A stretch of 32,000 nucleotides of DNA from Nitrosospira multiformis ATCC 25196 (GCF_000196355.1 NC_007614.1:1380001-1412000), one strand, 5' to 3'; positions 9,705-20,697 are shown, counted from the stretch's first letter. Numbers and translations: made by a program. The notes: generated by a model from the sequence alone, not told the origin.

Positions 9705-10148
9705 ATGAGCATCGTCCAGAATAAGAAAGCTTTCCATGACTATTTTATCGAGGAGAAGCATGAAGCAGGGGCAGTTCTGGAAGGATGGGAAGTCAAGGCG
9801 ATTCGCGCGGGACGAGCGCAGCTGAAGGAAGCCTATGTCATTATCCGGAACGGTGAATTGTTTCTCATCGGGTGTCATGTCAGTCCCTTGCTGGCAGCTT
9901 CCACCCACATCCAGCCCGACCCGGTTCGTACGCGCAAGCTGTTGTTGCATGCTGAGGAAATCAAACGGCTTATCGGCAAAGTGGAACGGGCGGGCTACAC
10001 CCTGGTTCCACTGGATATCCATTATAAGAAAGGGCGAATCAAGCTTGAAATCGGTCTTGCAAAGGGCAAGAAGCAGCATGACAAACGCGAATCCGAGAAG
10101 CAGAAAGAGTGGGAACGCGACAAGCAGCGGTTGATGCGTCCAAAATAA
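9705..10148 (+). CDS. smpB: SsrA-binding protein SmpB
   Basis: [29 protein letters not shown]......L.EAYV.I.NGE..L.G.H.SP, plus a basic C-terminal tail. Confidence 0.95.
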   Translation: MSIVQNKKAFHDYFIEEKHEAGAVLEGWEVKAIRAGRAQLKEAYVIIRNGELFLIGCHVSPLLAASTHIQPDPVRTRKLLLHAEEIKRLIGKVERAGYTLVPLDIHYKKGRIKLEIGLAKGKKQHDKRESEKQKEWERDKQRLMRPK

Positions 10149-10186
10149 TCCTCGATATTTTATAACCTTAGATCAAATTCCTAGCC

Positions 10187-11257
10187 ATGCAGTTTGTCCA
10201 AACTTCAACACTTCCGCAAAAAACCGATCAAAAGTTTGCTGTGCAGAAACCGATTGCTATCTGGTTGTTCGTTTGCTGCGCTCTGGTATTCGCCATGGTG
10301 GTTGTAGGCGGTGTAACCCGTCTTACCGATTCAGGGCTTTCCATCGTCGAATGGCAACCCCTCGTTGGCACGGTTCCTCCACTCAGCCAGAATGACTGGG
10401 ATGAGCTCTTCGAGAAATATCACCAGACGCCTCAGTATAAAAAGGTAAATCTTGGCATGAGCCTGGAAGAGTTCAAGACAATCTTCTGGTGGGAATATTT
10501 CCACCGCTTATTGGGGCGCGTCATCGGGTTGGCATTTTTCATACCATTCCTGTATTTTCTGATGAAAAAGGCAGTCGACCGGCCACTGGGACTGAAGTTG
10601 TCAGGAATTTTCCTGCTGGGGGCTTTGCAGGGTGGGATGGGATGGTACATGGTAAAGAGCGGGTTGGTGGATAACCCCCACGTCAGCCAGTATCGTCTGA
10701 CTGCGCACTTGGGTCTCGCTTTCGCGATTTATGCCGCAATGTTCTGGGTAGCCCTCGATCTGCTCAATCCCGGCCGCGGTTTGTCCGCAAACAGCGGACT
10801 GCGTGGTTTGCTCAATTTCTCCACCATGCTGTCTGCCCTGGTATTCATAATGGTTTTATCGGGCGGGTTCGTGGCAGGCATTCGGGCAGGTCTGGCTTAC
10901 AATACTTTTCCACTCATGGATGGCCACTTCATCCCCCCGGAACTATTCATGCTGGAACCCTGGTACCGGAATTTCTTCGACAATATGACCACTGTGCAAT
11001 TCGACCATCGCCTGATTGCATGGACACTGGCAATTCTCGTTCCGATTTTCTGGCTCAAATCGAGAGCAGTGCCACTTTCAGGCTCGGCTCGTCTTGCATG
11101 CACTCTACTGTTGATCATGCTGGCAGTGCAGATCACTCTGGGGATTTCCACGCTGCTGCTGGTTGTTCCTCTAACCCTCGCGGCAGCACATCAGGCAGGC
11201 GCACTACTGTTGTTTACCGCTGCCCTTTGGGTGAATCATGAGCTACGGCGCCAATAG
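10187..11257 (+). CDS. ctaA: Heme A synthase (COX15/CtaA family)
   Basis: Polytopic membrane protein. N-terminal [27 protein letters not shown]...W..EFEKY..TPQY is typical of COX15/CtaA. Conserved His residues sit in TM segments (FHR, AHL, DHR, AHQ). Confidence 0.85.
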   Translation: MQFVQTSTLPQKTDQKFAVQKPIAIWLFVCCALVFAMVVVGGVTRLTDSGLSIVEWQPLVGTVPPLSQNDWDELFEKYHQTPQYKKVNLGMSLEEFKTIFWWEYFHRLLGRVIGLAFFIPFLYFLMKKAVDRPLGLKLSGIFLLGALQGGMGWYMVKSGLVDNPHVSQYRLTAHLGLAFAIYAAMFWVALDLLNPGRGLSANSGLRGLLNFSTMLSALVFIMVLSGGFVAGIRAGLAYNTFPLMDGHFIPPELFMLEPWYRNFFDNMTTVQFDHRLIAWTLAILVPIFWLKSRAVPLSGSARLACTLLLIMLAVQITLGISTLLLVVPLTLAAAHQAGALLLFTAALWVNHELRRQ

Positions 11258-11626
11258 TTGAGCGTTTCAGTCCGTCGGCAGCGGGCCGCTCCAGGAGTTT
11301 GGCCTCGACGCCTTTATCCACCGCGCAGGGCATGGTCGGTGAATGATTTTTTTGATTGCTTGTTGCAAGCTTTATACCCTTCATGGCTTTGACAAGATTT
11401 TTTTGGAAGCCGAGCGGGGCAATGCACCTTATTAATAACGATGAGCATGCATTAATTACTGCGGCGTCTTCGTCATCCCGCGTTATGCCAAACAACTGGT
11501 AGGTCGGATTGAGCAAAGTGGGATCCGACAAGAAATTTATCAAAATCAATAAACCCCGAATTGCCCTTTGATCTGTTTTGAAGTTTGTTCTTCCTTTCGA
11601 GCAAGCGTGTCATGAATATCATTCCT

Positions 11627-11680
<54 letters not shown>

Positions 11681-11801
11681 GTTGTGGAAGGAGCATGAAA
11701 GACGGGCAAAAGATTTGGAACGGCAGCACGCGAAGTCGCAGTGGGAAGGCGCAGATTCTATTTATCCGGAAATCACCTTAGGGGGATTTCCAGAGAAAGA
11801 A

Positions 11802-11832
11802 GGGGGCGCAAAGGCTCTGCCTTTGCGCCCCC
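11802..11832 (-). terminator. GC-rich perfect hairpin downstream of ccmI
   Basis: GGGGGCGCAAAGG-ctctg-CCTTTGCGCCCCC forms a 13-bp perfect stem with a 5-nt loop. On the minus strand it is followed by TCTTTCTCT. It lies 52 nt after the ccmI stop. Confidence 0.65.
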
Positions 11833-11883
11833 CCAGGGGCATGCTTCAGAGATAGCTATGCTGTTGCCAGTGGGTACTGACTA

Positions 11884-13194
11884 CTAAGGCAACTGCTGAT
11901 CGATAACCACGCTAATCCCGCTGGCGCCGACCATTACCGGCTGACTCAAACCTTGCAGGTCGCCGCTTTGCGGCATTGGGGATCCCGATTTCGAAATCCG
12001 GGCGCCTACTACCACCTCGGCAGGGAAAGTGGATAACTGCACGCCGGACCGAGCCATGGAGTCGTTCAGTGAAAAGCTTGCCGGGAGATCCTTGACTTGC
12101 AGACGCAGGGTCGCAAGGGGTGCCTTTGGTCCCACTTTGGCACGGGCAAAAATATACAGGCTGTCGCCGGGGGAGGCCTTGCTTGCGAGGCCGGGGCTGA
12201 GTGTTACCTTGCCGGAAAGTGTGCCGGAGGTAGCGCCTCCCGCGCCCGAGGCTGATCCCTGTTTATTTGCAGGAGGAGGTGTCTGAGTACCCGGCTGGTC
12301 TGGCGCTCTAGCCACCAAGCTGCCTTTTCCTGCTGCCAGCGATTTTGCTTCTGCGATGCTGGCGTTAACGGATTGCACCAGCTCAGCCTCGGATGGCGGA
12401 ATCAGCGCTGCCAGTTTTTCCCAATATCTGGCAGCCTCCTTGTATCTCTTCTCCTCGAATTCGGCTGTGCCTGCCAAGGCCAGCGCCTTGGGGTTATTGG
12501 GGTCCAGGCTCAATGCCTTTTTGATCAGTTCCGTCGGCTTCCCGACCAGACTGCCATTGTTCGTCATCGCCACGATATCGGCGTAATCCGTGATGATGGC
12601 GGAGTCGTCGGGCGTCAAGGCAAGCGCCTTTTCATAAGCTTCCTTTGCCTCGTTGAACCGCTGCATCATTGCGTAGGTCCGACCAAGCATAAGCCATCCC
12701 TCGACGTTGTCGGGATTGTCCTCAAGCTTCGCAATGAGGTTTTCCATCACCGAGGAAAAATCGGGATGGCCTCCTTGTCCTTGCTCGGACGACATCGATG
12801 GATGCTCCGCGGCAGGCTGCGGCAGCAACGCCTTGGTGTTGCCTATCGCCAAGTAAAGGGAAACCGCGAGGACAGGCAGGACGAGCGCGGTGACAGTCAT
12901 GGTTGCCACGTTGTGCCTTCCACCCATTATCATGGTCGTCGTATTGCCATCTTCGGGAATATCCTGCAGCATTCTTTGCTGCAACTCACGCTTGCTTTGC
13001 TCGTATTGTTCCCGCGTCAGGATGTCGCTGCGCAGATCGCTGTCGAGTTCCGCCAACTGATCCCGATAAACGTCGATATTGGTGGCATCCCGTTCGACGC
13101 CGGCCTCGCGATCCTTCTTGCTCCACAATGTAGGCAACACGAACAGCAGGGCGCCGACAATAAATATGCCGGCTACAATCCAGAATGAAGTCAT
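11884..13194 (-). CDS. ccmI: Cytochrome c-type biogenesis protein CcmI (CycH), TPR-containing
   Basis: N-terminal TM plus the DVYRDQLAELD......L...QYE....EL.RR pattern, then a second TM, a TPR region and a C-terminal beta-rich domain. It is the last gene of the ccm cluster. Confidence 0.85.
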   Translation of the reverse strand: MTSFWIVAGIFIVGALLFVLPTLWSKKDREAGVERDATNIDVYRDQLAELDSDLRSDILTREQYEQSKRELQQRMLQDIPEDGNTTTMIMGGRHNVATMTVTALVLPVLAVSLYLAIGNTKALLPQPAAEHPSMSSEQGQGGHPDFSSVMENLIAKLEDNPDNVEGWLMLGRTYAMMQRFNEAKEAYEKALALTPDDSAIITDYADIVAMTNNGSLVGKPTELIKKALSLDPNNPKALALAGTAEFEEKRYKEAARYWEKLAALIPPSEAELVQSVNASIAEAKSLAAGKGSLVARAPDQPGTQTPPPANKQGSASGAGGATSGTLSGKVTLSPGLASKASPGDSLYIFARAKVGPKAPLATLRLQVKDLPASFSLNDSMARSGVQLSTFPAEVVVGARISKSGSPMPQSGDLQGLSQPVMVGASGISVVIDQQLP

Positions 13195-13201
13195 GCGTTT
13201 A

Positions 13202-13750
13202 TCACCCCTTGCCTTCCTTCAGCAAGGCTTCCGCCTGCTTGAGTTGCTGTTCGGATAGCGCGGGTTCTTCGATGTGTTTGCGACGGCGCTTGAGATAAAA
13301 CACCAGGAAGACTGCGCCAGTCAAAAGGAAGATGAAAGGACCGAACCACAGGAGCAGGGTGGTACTTTTCATCGGTGGACGATAAAGCACGAAATCGCCG
13401 TAGCGCGCCACCAGAAAGTCGACAATTTCCTTGTCACTCTTGTTGGCTTGCATCTGTTCGCGGATTTCGCGCCGCAAGTCGTTGGCAAAGTCGGCACGCG
13501 AAGCGGCTATCGTCTCATTCTGACAGACCAGACATCGCAGGTCTTCGGATAGCGCCACCATGCGTCTCTCTATTTCCGGATTTTCGGCAACAGGAGCAGC
13601 TTCCTTTGCCTCCGCAAACGGGGCAAGAAGCAACAGACAGAGCAGCAGCGCCGCTTTTAACAGCGCAAAGCCGCCCCCATTGTTGCCTTGATCGTTTTTA
13701 CCGCTGCCACAAGCCGCCAAAGACGACCGGGATAAAAGTTTCAATCTCAT
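13202..13750 (-). CDS. ccmH: Cytochrome c-type biogenesis protein CcmH (CycL)
   Basis: LRCLVCQNETIAAS (LRCxxCQ motif) plus a C-terminal TM. Its start overlaps the ccmG stop as ATGA (13747-13750). Confidence 0.9.
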   Translation of the reverse strand: MRLKLLSRSSLAACGSGKNDQGNNGGGFALLKAALLLCLLLLAPFAEAKEAAPVAENPEIERRMVALSEDLRCLVCQNETIAASRADFANDLRREIREQMQANKSDKEIVDFLVARYGDFVLYRPPMKSTTLLLWFGPFIFLLTGAVFLVFYLKRRRKHIEEPALSEQQLKQAEALLKEGKG

Positions 13751-14271
13751 CCTTGTAATTCTCTCACCAGAGGCAGAATTTTATTCTGCAGTGCTTCCAC
13801 TGTTACGGGACCGATCTGCTTATAGCGAATTACCCCATTCTTGTCGATGACATAAGTTTCCGGCACACCGTAGACGCCGAACTCTATGCCGGTCCGACCT
13901 TCAGGATCAACCGCGCTGACGGCGTAGGGATCACCAAACTGCTGAAGCCATCTCAATGCGTCATCTCGCTGATCCTTGTAATTGAGTCCGTAGACAGGGA
14001 CAATTCCCGACTTCGACAGTTCCACCAATACCGGATGTTCCTGCCGGCAGGAAACGCACCACGAGGCCCACACATTCAATAGCCATACCTTGCCCAGGTT
14101 TTCCTTCGAGGTCAGCGTTTTTTCCGGTTCGTGCAATTGCTGCAACTGGAATTCTGGAGCTGGTTTCCCCACCAGGGGAGAGGGGACTTGGCGCGGATTG
14201 AGACCCAGGCCGACGAGCAGAAAACCTACCAGTACGACAAAAACAGCGAGCGGCAGCAGGAAGCGCGTCAT
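13747..14271 (-). CDS. ccmG: Thiol:disulfide oxidoreductase CcmG/DsbE
   Basis: N-terminal anchor, thioredoxin fold with WASWCVSCRQEHP (CxxC), and GVYGVPETY. ATGA overlap with ccmF (14268-14271). Confidence 0.92.
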   Translation of the reverse strand: MTRFLLPLAVFVVLVGFLLVGLGLNPRQVPSPLVGKPAPEFQLQQLHEPEKTLTSKENLGKVWLLNVWASWCVSCRQEHPVLVELSKSGIVPVYGLNYKDQRDDALRWLQQFGDPYAVSAVDPEGRTGIEFGVYGVPETYVIDKNGVIRYKQIGPVTVEALQNKILPLVRELQG

Positions 14272-16307
14272 GCCTTTTTGCTCCGGGCAATCATGGGCGC
14301 AGTGGCTTTCCTGCCGGCTTTGCTGGCTTTAGCGACCTTCCTTTCCTCTATCTCTACGGTCTCGCGCTGTTTGCGTGAGGACAGGCGATAACGTCTGTCA
14401 GTGATGGCAAGGAAGCCTCCGAATGCCATCAACATACAGCCGAACCATATCCAGTCGACGAAGGGCTTATGGTAAACACGCACGACCCATGCTCCGTTTT
14501 CCAGGGGTTCACCCAGAGCAACATACAGATCGCGGAGAATACCGGCATCGATTGCCGCTTCGGTCATCGGCATCCCGGATGCGTTATAGGTTCGTTTTTC
14601 CGGTTCCAGTACATTGATTTTCTTTCCGTCGCGCAATACGTCGACATTGCCGATGTCGGACATGTAGTTTGGACCCGGCGCTTTTTTCACGCCATTGAAG
14701 CGGAAGGTATAGCCTCCTACCTCGACCGTGTCGCCAATTTCCATGCGCACATCTTTTTCCGTTTCATAACCACCCACAAGCGCCACACCGATAATAAAGA
14801 AGGCAATCCCAAGGTGGGCAGCGTGCATGCCGTAGTAGCTGCGCGATTGCGCGGCCAGCTTCGCAAGCAAGCCCTGCTTGCCGGTGCTGCGGAGACGATG
14901 AATTACGCTGACGATCACGCTCGTAATGACCCAGAAAGCCATCAGCAGACTGAAGCTCACCATCAGCTTCCATTCACCCATGATAAAGGGCATGACGAGA
15001 GCGGTAACTGCGCTTACCCCGAATGCCCAACGCAGGCGTACCGCAAGCTCAGGCAGGCTTGCCTGCTTCCAGCGCGCAAGGGGGCCAAGGCCGATCAGAA
15101 AGACGGCGGGAGTCATCAACGGGACGAATACTGCTTCGAAGTAGGGAGGGCCAACCGAAATCTTGCCGAGTTCAAGCGCATCCATGAACAGGGGATAGAG
15201 TGTGCCCAGCAGTATGCTTCCCGCTGCAACCATCATCAACAGATTGTTGGCGAGCAGCATGGATTCGCGTGAAACCAGTTCGAACTTTCCACCCAACCCG
15301 ATTTTTGGCGCCCGCCATGCAAAAAGCAGCAGAGAGCCTCCAGTGATGGTCACCAGAAAGGCCAGGATGAATATACCGCGCGTGGGATCGGTTGCAAAAG
15401 CGTGAACCGAGGTCAGCACGCCCGAGCGAACCAGGAACGTACCGAGCAGGCTCAGGGAAAATGCGCAGATTGCCAGCAGCACGGTCCAGCTCTTGAAGCT
15501 GCCGCGTTTTTCCGTCACGGCAAGGGAATGAACCAGGGCAGTTCCCACCAGCCAGGGCATGAAAGAGGCATTTTCAACCGGATCCCAGAACCACCATCCG
15601 CCCCAGCCCAGTTCATAATAGGCCCACCAGCTTCCCATCATGATGCCGATGGTGAGGAACATCCAGGCCACCGTGGTCCACGGCCGCGACCAGCGCGCCC
15701 AGGTCGCATCCATCTGGCCGCTCAGCAGTGCGGAAATGGCGAATGCAAACGCCACGGAAAAGCCGACATAACCCATGTAAAGCATGGGCGGATGGCAGAC
15801 CATGCCGGGGTCCTGCAGCAGCGGGTTGAGGTCGCTTCCTTCCATCGCCCCGGGCAGCATCCGCTCGAAAGGATTGGAAGTGAAAAGCATGAATATCAGA
15901 AAACCCACGCTGACGAGGCCCATGACGCCCAGCACGCGCGCCACCATTTCATTCGGCAAATGCTTGCTGAATACGCTTACCGCCACCGACCAGCATGCCA
16001 GCATGAACGTCCAGAGCAGCAGGGAGCCCTCATGCGAGCCCCATGTGGCGGCAAAGCGGTACTGCAGCGGCAGGTTCGAATTCGAGTTCTGCGCGACGTT
16101 GACCACGGAAAAATCACTGTTTACGAATGAATAGGCCAGGCAGAAGAAGGCGATGGCTACAAACACAAACTGCCCCTGAACCACCGGCCGCGCCAGGGCG
16201 ATCCAGGAAGGGATGCCGCGGGCGGCGCCGATGATGGGCAGGGTGCCTTGTATGAGTGCCAGCAGCAAGGCGAGGATCAGGGCAAAGTTACCAAGTTCTG
16301 GAATCAT
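14268..16307 (-). CDS. ccmF: Cytochrome c heme lyase subunit CcmF
   Basis: 679-aa polytopic protein with the WWD motif WGGWWFWDPVENAS. Confidence 0.95.
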   Translation of the reverse strand: MIPELGNFALILALLLALIQGTLPIIGAARGIPSWIALARPVVQGQFVFVAIAFFCLAYSFVNSDFSVVNVAQNSNSNLPLQYRFAATWGSHEGSLLLWTFMLACWSVAVSVFSKHLPNEMVARVLGVMGLVSVGFLIFMLFTSNPFERMLPGAMEGSDLNPLLQDPGMVCHPPMLYMGYVGFSVAFAFAISALLSGQMDATWARWSRPWTTVAWMFLTIGIMMGSWWAYYELGWGGWWFWDPVENASFMPWLVGTALVHSLAVTEKRGSFKSWTVLLAICAFSLSLLGTFLVRSGVLTSVHAFATDPTRGIFILAFLVTITGGSLLLFAWRAPKIGLGGKFELVSRESMLLANNLLMMVAAGSILLGTLYPLFMDALELGKISVGPPYFEAVFVPLMTPAVFLIGLGPLARWKQASLPELAVRLRWAFGVSAVTALVMPFIMGEWKLMVSFSLLMAFWVITSVIVSVIHRLRSTGKQGLLAKLAAQSRSYYGMHAAHLGIAFFIIGVALVGGYETEKDVRMEIGDTVEVGGYTFRFNGVKKAPGPNYMSDIGNVDVLRDGKKINVLEPEKRTYNASGMPMTEAAIDAGILRDLYVALGEPLENGAWVVRVYHKPFVDWIWFGCMLMAFGGFLAITDRRYRLSSRKQRETVEIEERKVAKASKAGRKATAPMIARSKKA

Positions 16308-16401
16308 GGCTGAGGCTGTGGGTTATGGAAAATATGAATAGATATGAGCAGGAATGACAGAGCCCTTTCGGTTCGGGAAGGGCTCGGGGCGAAACTTTTT
16401 G

Positions 16402-16848
16402 CTACTGCATCACTGTCTTGCGAGCCTTGTCGGCTTGATCAAGCGCGCCCGCGGCTTCCGGTGGCATATAATTTTCATCGTGCTTCGCGAGCACCTCGTC
16501 CGCCCGGAAAATGCCATCCGAAGCCAGCTTGCCCTGGGCTACCACGCCTTTGCCTTCCTTGAACAGGTCGGGAAGGATGCCGGTATATACGACCGGAATA
16601 ACCTTTGCGGTATCCGTCACCAGGAAATTGACCGTCACGCCGTCGGCCTGGCGTTTGACGCTGCCTTCTTCCACGAGGCCGCCGATACGGAAACTCTTGC
16701 CAACGGGTGCTTCATTATTGGCCACCTGGGTAGGGCTGAAGAAAAATACGAGATTACTCTGAAATGCGTTTAAAACCAGCACCGAAGCAACGCCCAGCGC
16801 GGTCACGCTCGAAGCGATGATTGCCAATTTTTTATGACGTGGTTTCAT
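16402..16848 (-). CDS. ccmE: Heme chaperone CcmE
   Basis: N-terminal anchor, an OB-fold region, and the heme-binding [12 protein letters not shown] motif. Confidence 0.95.
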   Translation of the reverse strand: MKPRHKKLAIIASSVTALGVASVLVLNAFQSNLVFFFSPTQVANNEAPVGKSFRIGGLVEEGSVKRQADGVTVNFLVTDTAKVIPVVYTGILPDLFKEGKGVVAQGKLASDGIFRADEVLAKHDENYMPPEAAGALDQADKARKTVMQ

Positions 16849-17029
16849 TTCCCTTCTCTTGTTTTGTTGACTGATGAATCAGACTGAGATGCCTGAGCAA
16901 AGTTCGCCTGCGGTTGGAAACCAGAACGATTTCCCCTGCAATGCAGATCAAGGTAACGAGGTAGGACCCCCATACGTAGAACCCGTACCCGCCCATATCC
17001 AGAAATTCAGACACACTGTTCCAGTTCAT
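16832..17029 (-). CDS. ccmD: Heme exporter protein CcmD
   Basis: [43 protein letters not shown] at 17029 overlaps the ccmC TGA (CAATGAAC). The track ORF extends to 17059, but the shorter form fits CcmD and the coupling. Confidence 0.75.
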   Translation of the reverse strand: MNWNSVSEFLDMGGYGFYVWGSYLVTLICIAGEIVLVSNRRRTLLRHLSLIHQSTKQEKGNETTS

Positions 17030-17766
17030 TGCGCTGCCTCCTGCAACTGACCTACCCACGCGGTATGACGTTCACGTTCCAGGATAATGGCGCGCGTGCG
17101 TATCAATATCACCGCGATGGCATACATCCAGCATGCGATTGACATGATCAGCATCCCCGTAAGCATGGTGGTGGCCATTTTAGGCGACTGCGTGAGACTG
17201 ACGGAGGCGCCTTGATGCAATGTATTCCACCACTTCACAGAAAAATAGATGATGGGGACGTTTACCACGCCTACCAGAGCAATCACTGCTCCGGCTTTGT
17301 CCGCACGGCGCGGATCGTCTATGGCCGCCTGCAAAGACATGAAGCCGATGTAGAGGAACAGAAGAATCAGTTCGGAGGTAAGGCGCGCATCCCACACCCA
17401 CCAGGTGCCCCACATGGGCTTGCCCCACAGGGCCCCGGTCCAAAGCGCAATAAACGTGAACATTGCGCCAGTGGGGGCAATGGCGGTTGCCACCATGGCG
17501 GAAAGGCGGGTATTGAATGCAAGGCCGATACCCGACCATAGCGCCATGATGACGTAGAGAAACATCGACAGCCAGGCCGCGGGCACATGGATGAAAATGA
17601 TACGATAGGCTTCGCCCTGCTGAAAATCGGTGGGAGCTACAAAAAAGCCGATATAAAGTCCCACTGCGCACAATACAATTGCAGCAATGGAAAACAGGGG
17701 AATCATTTTGCCGGCGAGAAAATAGAAGCTTGCCGGAGAGGAATATTTAAACCAGTTTATCGCCAT
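17026..17766 (-). CDS. ccmC: Heme exporter protein CcmC
   Basis: WWD motif WGTWWVWDARLTSE. Size and TM pattern match CcmC. Confidence 0.95.
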   Translation of the reverse strand: MAINWFKYSSPASFYFLAGKMIPLFSIAAIVLCAVGLYIGFFVAPTDFQQGEAYRIIFIHVPAAWLSMFLYVIMALWSGIGLAFNTRLSAMVATAIAPTGAMFTFIALWTGALWGKPMWGTWWVWDARLTSELILLFLYIGFMSLQAAIDDPRRADKAGAVIALVGVVNVPIIYFSVKWWNTLHQGASVSLTQSPKMATTMLTGMLIMSIACWMYAIAVILIRTRAIILERERHTAWVGQLQEAAQ

Positions 17767-18191
17767 GTAGCAAAGTAGGTAGCAGACTTCATAATTGAGG
17801 CCCCGATGAGGCTTTGATAGATTGCGCCGTGCATATGATCATATGGCCATAATATCCCATGTGGTCGTGCATCCCGCAGGACACTGTCGTCCACTGCAAC
17901 CCAATCTACCTACCCATCCTTACGCCCCGTGCGCGTAACTCCCAATTTTAACCTAAAAACCTCAAATTCAGAATTGGTTTGTTAAAAACTACCGCTTGAT
18001 TGTAACCGGGAGGGGGATATTGCGGAGGAAAGCGAGGGAGTGTGGATCGGCTACAGGTGATATAGATGCAAAAATACGCGCAAAAACAGGAAAACAGGAT
18101 TTCGCGCAAGGTATCCTGGGACCATAATCGTTTCATTTAGCCGAATAATCCGGCAGATACTTCTTTCCGTTCCGGAAATCCGAAAGCGACC

Positions 18192-19085
18192 ATGCAATTT
18201 TCCTGTTCCATTCCCTTACCTGCGACCTTTCGTCCCGGCGATATCTTGGCCTTTCATCGGCGCGACCGGCAAGAGATCGCAGAGCGTGTCAACCATGCCT
18301 CCGTGCAAAAAGCCATGATCTGGTGCGGCGCCCCGGCGTACCTTTCTATCAGCTTTGAGCCGGGATTGGCAAAGGCTTCACTGGTCATCGATGGCAAAAT
18401 AGCGGAGGATCGCCAGCCCATCTTCGAAGGTATGGTCCGGCGCATGCTGGGTCTGACCCAGGAGATCGAGATCTTCGAGGAACGGTATCGCGATCATCCG
18501 CAATTGGGCATCCTGATCGCGCAACAACCCGGTTTACGGGTGCCGGTCACTGCCACCCCATTCGAGGCCCTGACCTGGGCAGTCACCGGCCAACAAATCA
18601 GCGTCAACGCCGCGGTTTCCCTGCGGCGAAAGCTGATCGGCGCGACCAATACCCCTCACTCCTGTGGCCTGTTCTGCTACCCGGACGCGCGCCGAATTCT
18701 CGAGCTGCCCGAAGAGACGTTACGGCAAGCGGGTTTTTCGACAACCAAAACCAGGACTTTGCTTGCACTCTCCGCCCTCGTGGCTGACAACGAGCTTCCA
18801 TTGGATGCGTGGGTGGAGACGCTTCCGGTCGATGTCATTCGCGAAAAACTGGAAGCAGTCCGCGGCATCGGTCCGTGGACGGTGAATTATGGATTGCTGC
18901 GCGGTTTCGGCTGGCTCGACGGCTCACTGCACGGCGATGCAGCAGTCCGGCGAGGCCTGCAAGCCTTGCTCGGGGCGCAGGACAAAATCAGCGAGGAAAA
19001 TACGAAGGTCTGGCTCGCGCAATTCTCCCCCTGGCGAGCCCTGGTCGGCGCCCATCTGTGGGCAGCCCCGGTTGCGATTGCCTGA
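18192..19085 (+). CDS. DNA-3-methyladenine glycosylase II family protein (AlkA-like, HhH-GPD)
   Basis: HhH-GPD region: LLALSALV....L.........D.....L.AVRGIGPWTVNYGLLRGFG..D....GD..VR. Confidence 0.8.
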   Translation: MQFSCSIPLPATFRPGDILAFHRRDRQEIAERVNHASVQKAMIWCGAPAYLSISFEPGLAKASLVIDGKIAEDRQPIFEGMVRRMLGLTQEIEIFEERYRDHPQLGILIAQQPGLRVPVTATPFEALTWAVTGQQISVNAAVSLRRKLIGATNTPHSCGLFCYPDARRILELPEETLRQAGFSTTKTRTLLALSALVADNELPLDAWVETLPVDVIREKLEAVRGIGPWTVNYGLLRGFGWLDGSLHGDAAVRRGLQALLGAQDKISEENTKVWLAQFSPWRALVGAHLWAAPVAIA

Positions 19086-19201
19086 CGGGAATTCGATGCG
19101 CCTCATTGTGGTCCGACAGTCTCGTTGTGCGATACGGACAGCAATTTGGATGATACGTTTCTGTGCCCTTGAGCAACAGGCGGGGCTTATGAATTCCAGC
19201 A

Positions 19202-20008
19202 CTAGGATGCGGCAGTTACGTCGATCAGTTCTATATCGGCAGCCACCAGTCCCTGGTCGAAGAATTTGGAAGCATTGGCGGCAAAGCGCTCAGGATCGTC
19301 GGTTGCCAGCATTTTAATCTGGCCCCTTGTTCCCGTAATTCCCGAAAGCTGCGTGGCTGCCGCTTCACCGCTGTTGATGAGTGTGACCGATGATCCCAGA
19401 ATGTCCCGGAAGAGGGCTTCAAAGACAGGAAAATGGGTGCACCCGAGAATCAACGTGTCCGGCGCTTCGGCTGTGTCGAATATAGGATCGAGATACTGGC
19501 GGACAATAGCCGTGGCTATGGGGCCTGAAGACCAGCCTTCTTCCGCAAGAGCCACCAGCATCTGACAGGCCTGGGACGATGCCTTTATATGAGGATTGAT
19601 TTTTTTCAGTTCCTTTTCATATACTCCGCTCCGGATGGTGCCGAAGGTAGCGATGACGCCGATATGCTGATTTTTTGTTGCCTGAATTGCCGCAGCCGCA
19701 GCCGGCTCGATCATGCCGATCACGGGCAGCGGAGCTGCTAGCGCGCGTACGGCCTCCAGCGCATGAGTCGATGCGGTATTACAGGCGATCACGATGGCAC
19801 TCGGGTTATAGTTCAGCAGAATCCTGCACAGGCTCTGGCTATAACGCTGCACGATTTCAGGGCTCTTGGTTCCATAAGGAAGGCGGGCGGTATCTCCTAG
19901 ATAGACGTAAGATTCTTGCGGATAACGCTTTTTCAGCGCCTGAAGGACAGTCAATCCTCCGATACCGGAATCGAATACAGCTATGGGAGAAAATATTTCC
20001 GGCATCAT
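19202..20008 (-). CDS. murI: Glutamate racemase
   Basis: VFDSGIGGLTV, IACNTAS and LGCTHFP motifs. Confidence 0.93.
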   Translation of the reverse strand: MMPEIFSPIAVFDSGIGGLTVLQALKKRYPQESYVYLGDTARLPYGTKSPEIVQRYSQSLCRILLNYNPSAIVIACNTASTHALEAVRALAAPLPVIGMIEPAAAAAIQATKNQHIGVIATFGTIRSGVYEKELKKINPHIKASSQACQMLVALAEEGWSSGPIATAIVRQYLDPIFDTAEAPDTLILGCTHFPVFEALFRDILGSSVTLINSGEAAATQLSGITGTRGQIKMLATDDPERFAANASKFFDQGLVAADIELIDVTAAS

Positions 20009-20114
20009 TTATCTTTCACTCAATGGCTCATATGTACATATACCCGTGCTTCCTGTATCAGGCTAATGGAGACGGTCTCCAGCAGCGTGTTCATGAGCTC
20101 ATGCGAGAATCCTC

Positions 20115-20612
20115 TCAGGTCGCATCAAACCCAGGGTGGAACACGACTTCGCCTTCAGGCACGATCCCGGTGAACCCCAATCGCTGGAAATACTCCGGTG
20201 GCACGTCCCCATAGCGGAGTCCAGGATCACTGATGAACCCGAAACGGCTGTAGTAGCCAGGGTCGCCGAGGACAACGCACCCCTGGGCGTTCATGTCTCT
20301 AAGGCGGGCAAGCCCCTCGCGGATCAAAGCCTGTCCGATGCCTCTTCCTTGTCGATCAGGTCGGACAGAAACCGGGCCAAGTCCATACCAGCCATTTGTT
20401 GCACCGGAGATTGCAACGGGCGAGAAAGCAACATGGCCGATGATCTCGCCATCCTCGATGGCGATGAGCGAAAGGATCAATGCTCCCGCGCTCCTCAACG
20501 CATCGGCGACAGCTCCCTCGGTCTGGCTGCCATAAGGCATTTCCTTGAAGGCGGCAGTTATGAGGCTTTGGATGGCGGCAATATCCTCGGGTCGTTCCAA
20601 GCGGATTTGCAT
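20115..20612 (-). CDS. GNAT-family N-acetyltransferase (YhbS-like)
   Basis: ATG at 20612 is preceded by AGGAGG with a 6-nt spacer. Acetyl-CoA motif RPDRQGRGIGQALI. The C-terminal GDPGYYSRFGF is typical of YhbS-like GNATs. Confidence 0.8.
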   Translation of the reverse strand: MQIRLERPEDIAAIQSLITAAFKEMPYGSQTEGAVADALRSAGALILSLIAIEDGEIIGHVAFSPVAISGATNGWYGLGPVSVRPDRQGRGIGQALIREGLARLRDMNAQGCVVLGDPGYYSRFGFISDPGLRYGDVPPEYFQRLGFTGIVPEGEVVFHPGFDAT

Positions 20613-20697
20613 GTAAACCTCCTGCCGCGATTGGCACCCCCTCTTCACCGCGCTCGCCGATCCGCAATGAAGAGCTGCCGGGATTCTTCGACCTTCT

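Noticed and set aside
12373-16134. Long plus-strand ORFs (271, 267, 242 and 116 aa) across the ccm region
   Set aside because: All are antisense shadows of ccmI and ccmF. They have a skewed R/H/Q-rich composition, no RBS and no recognisable motifs.
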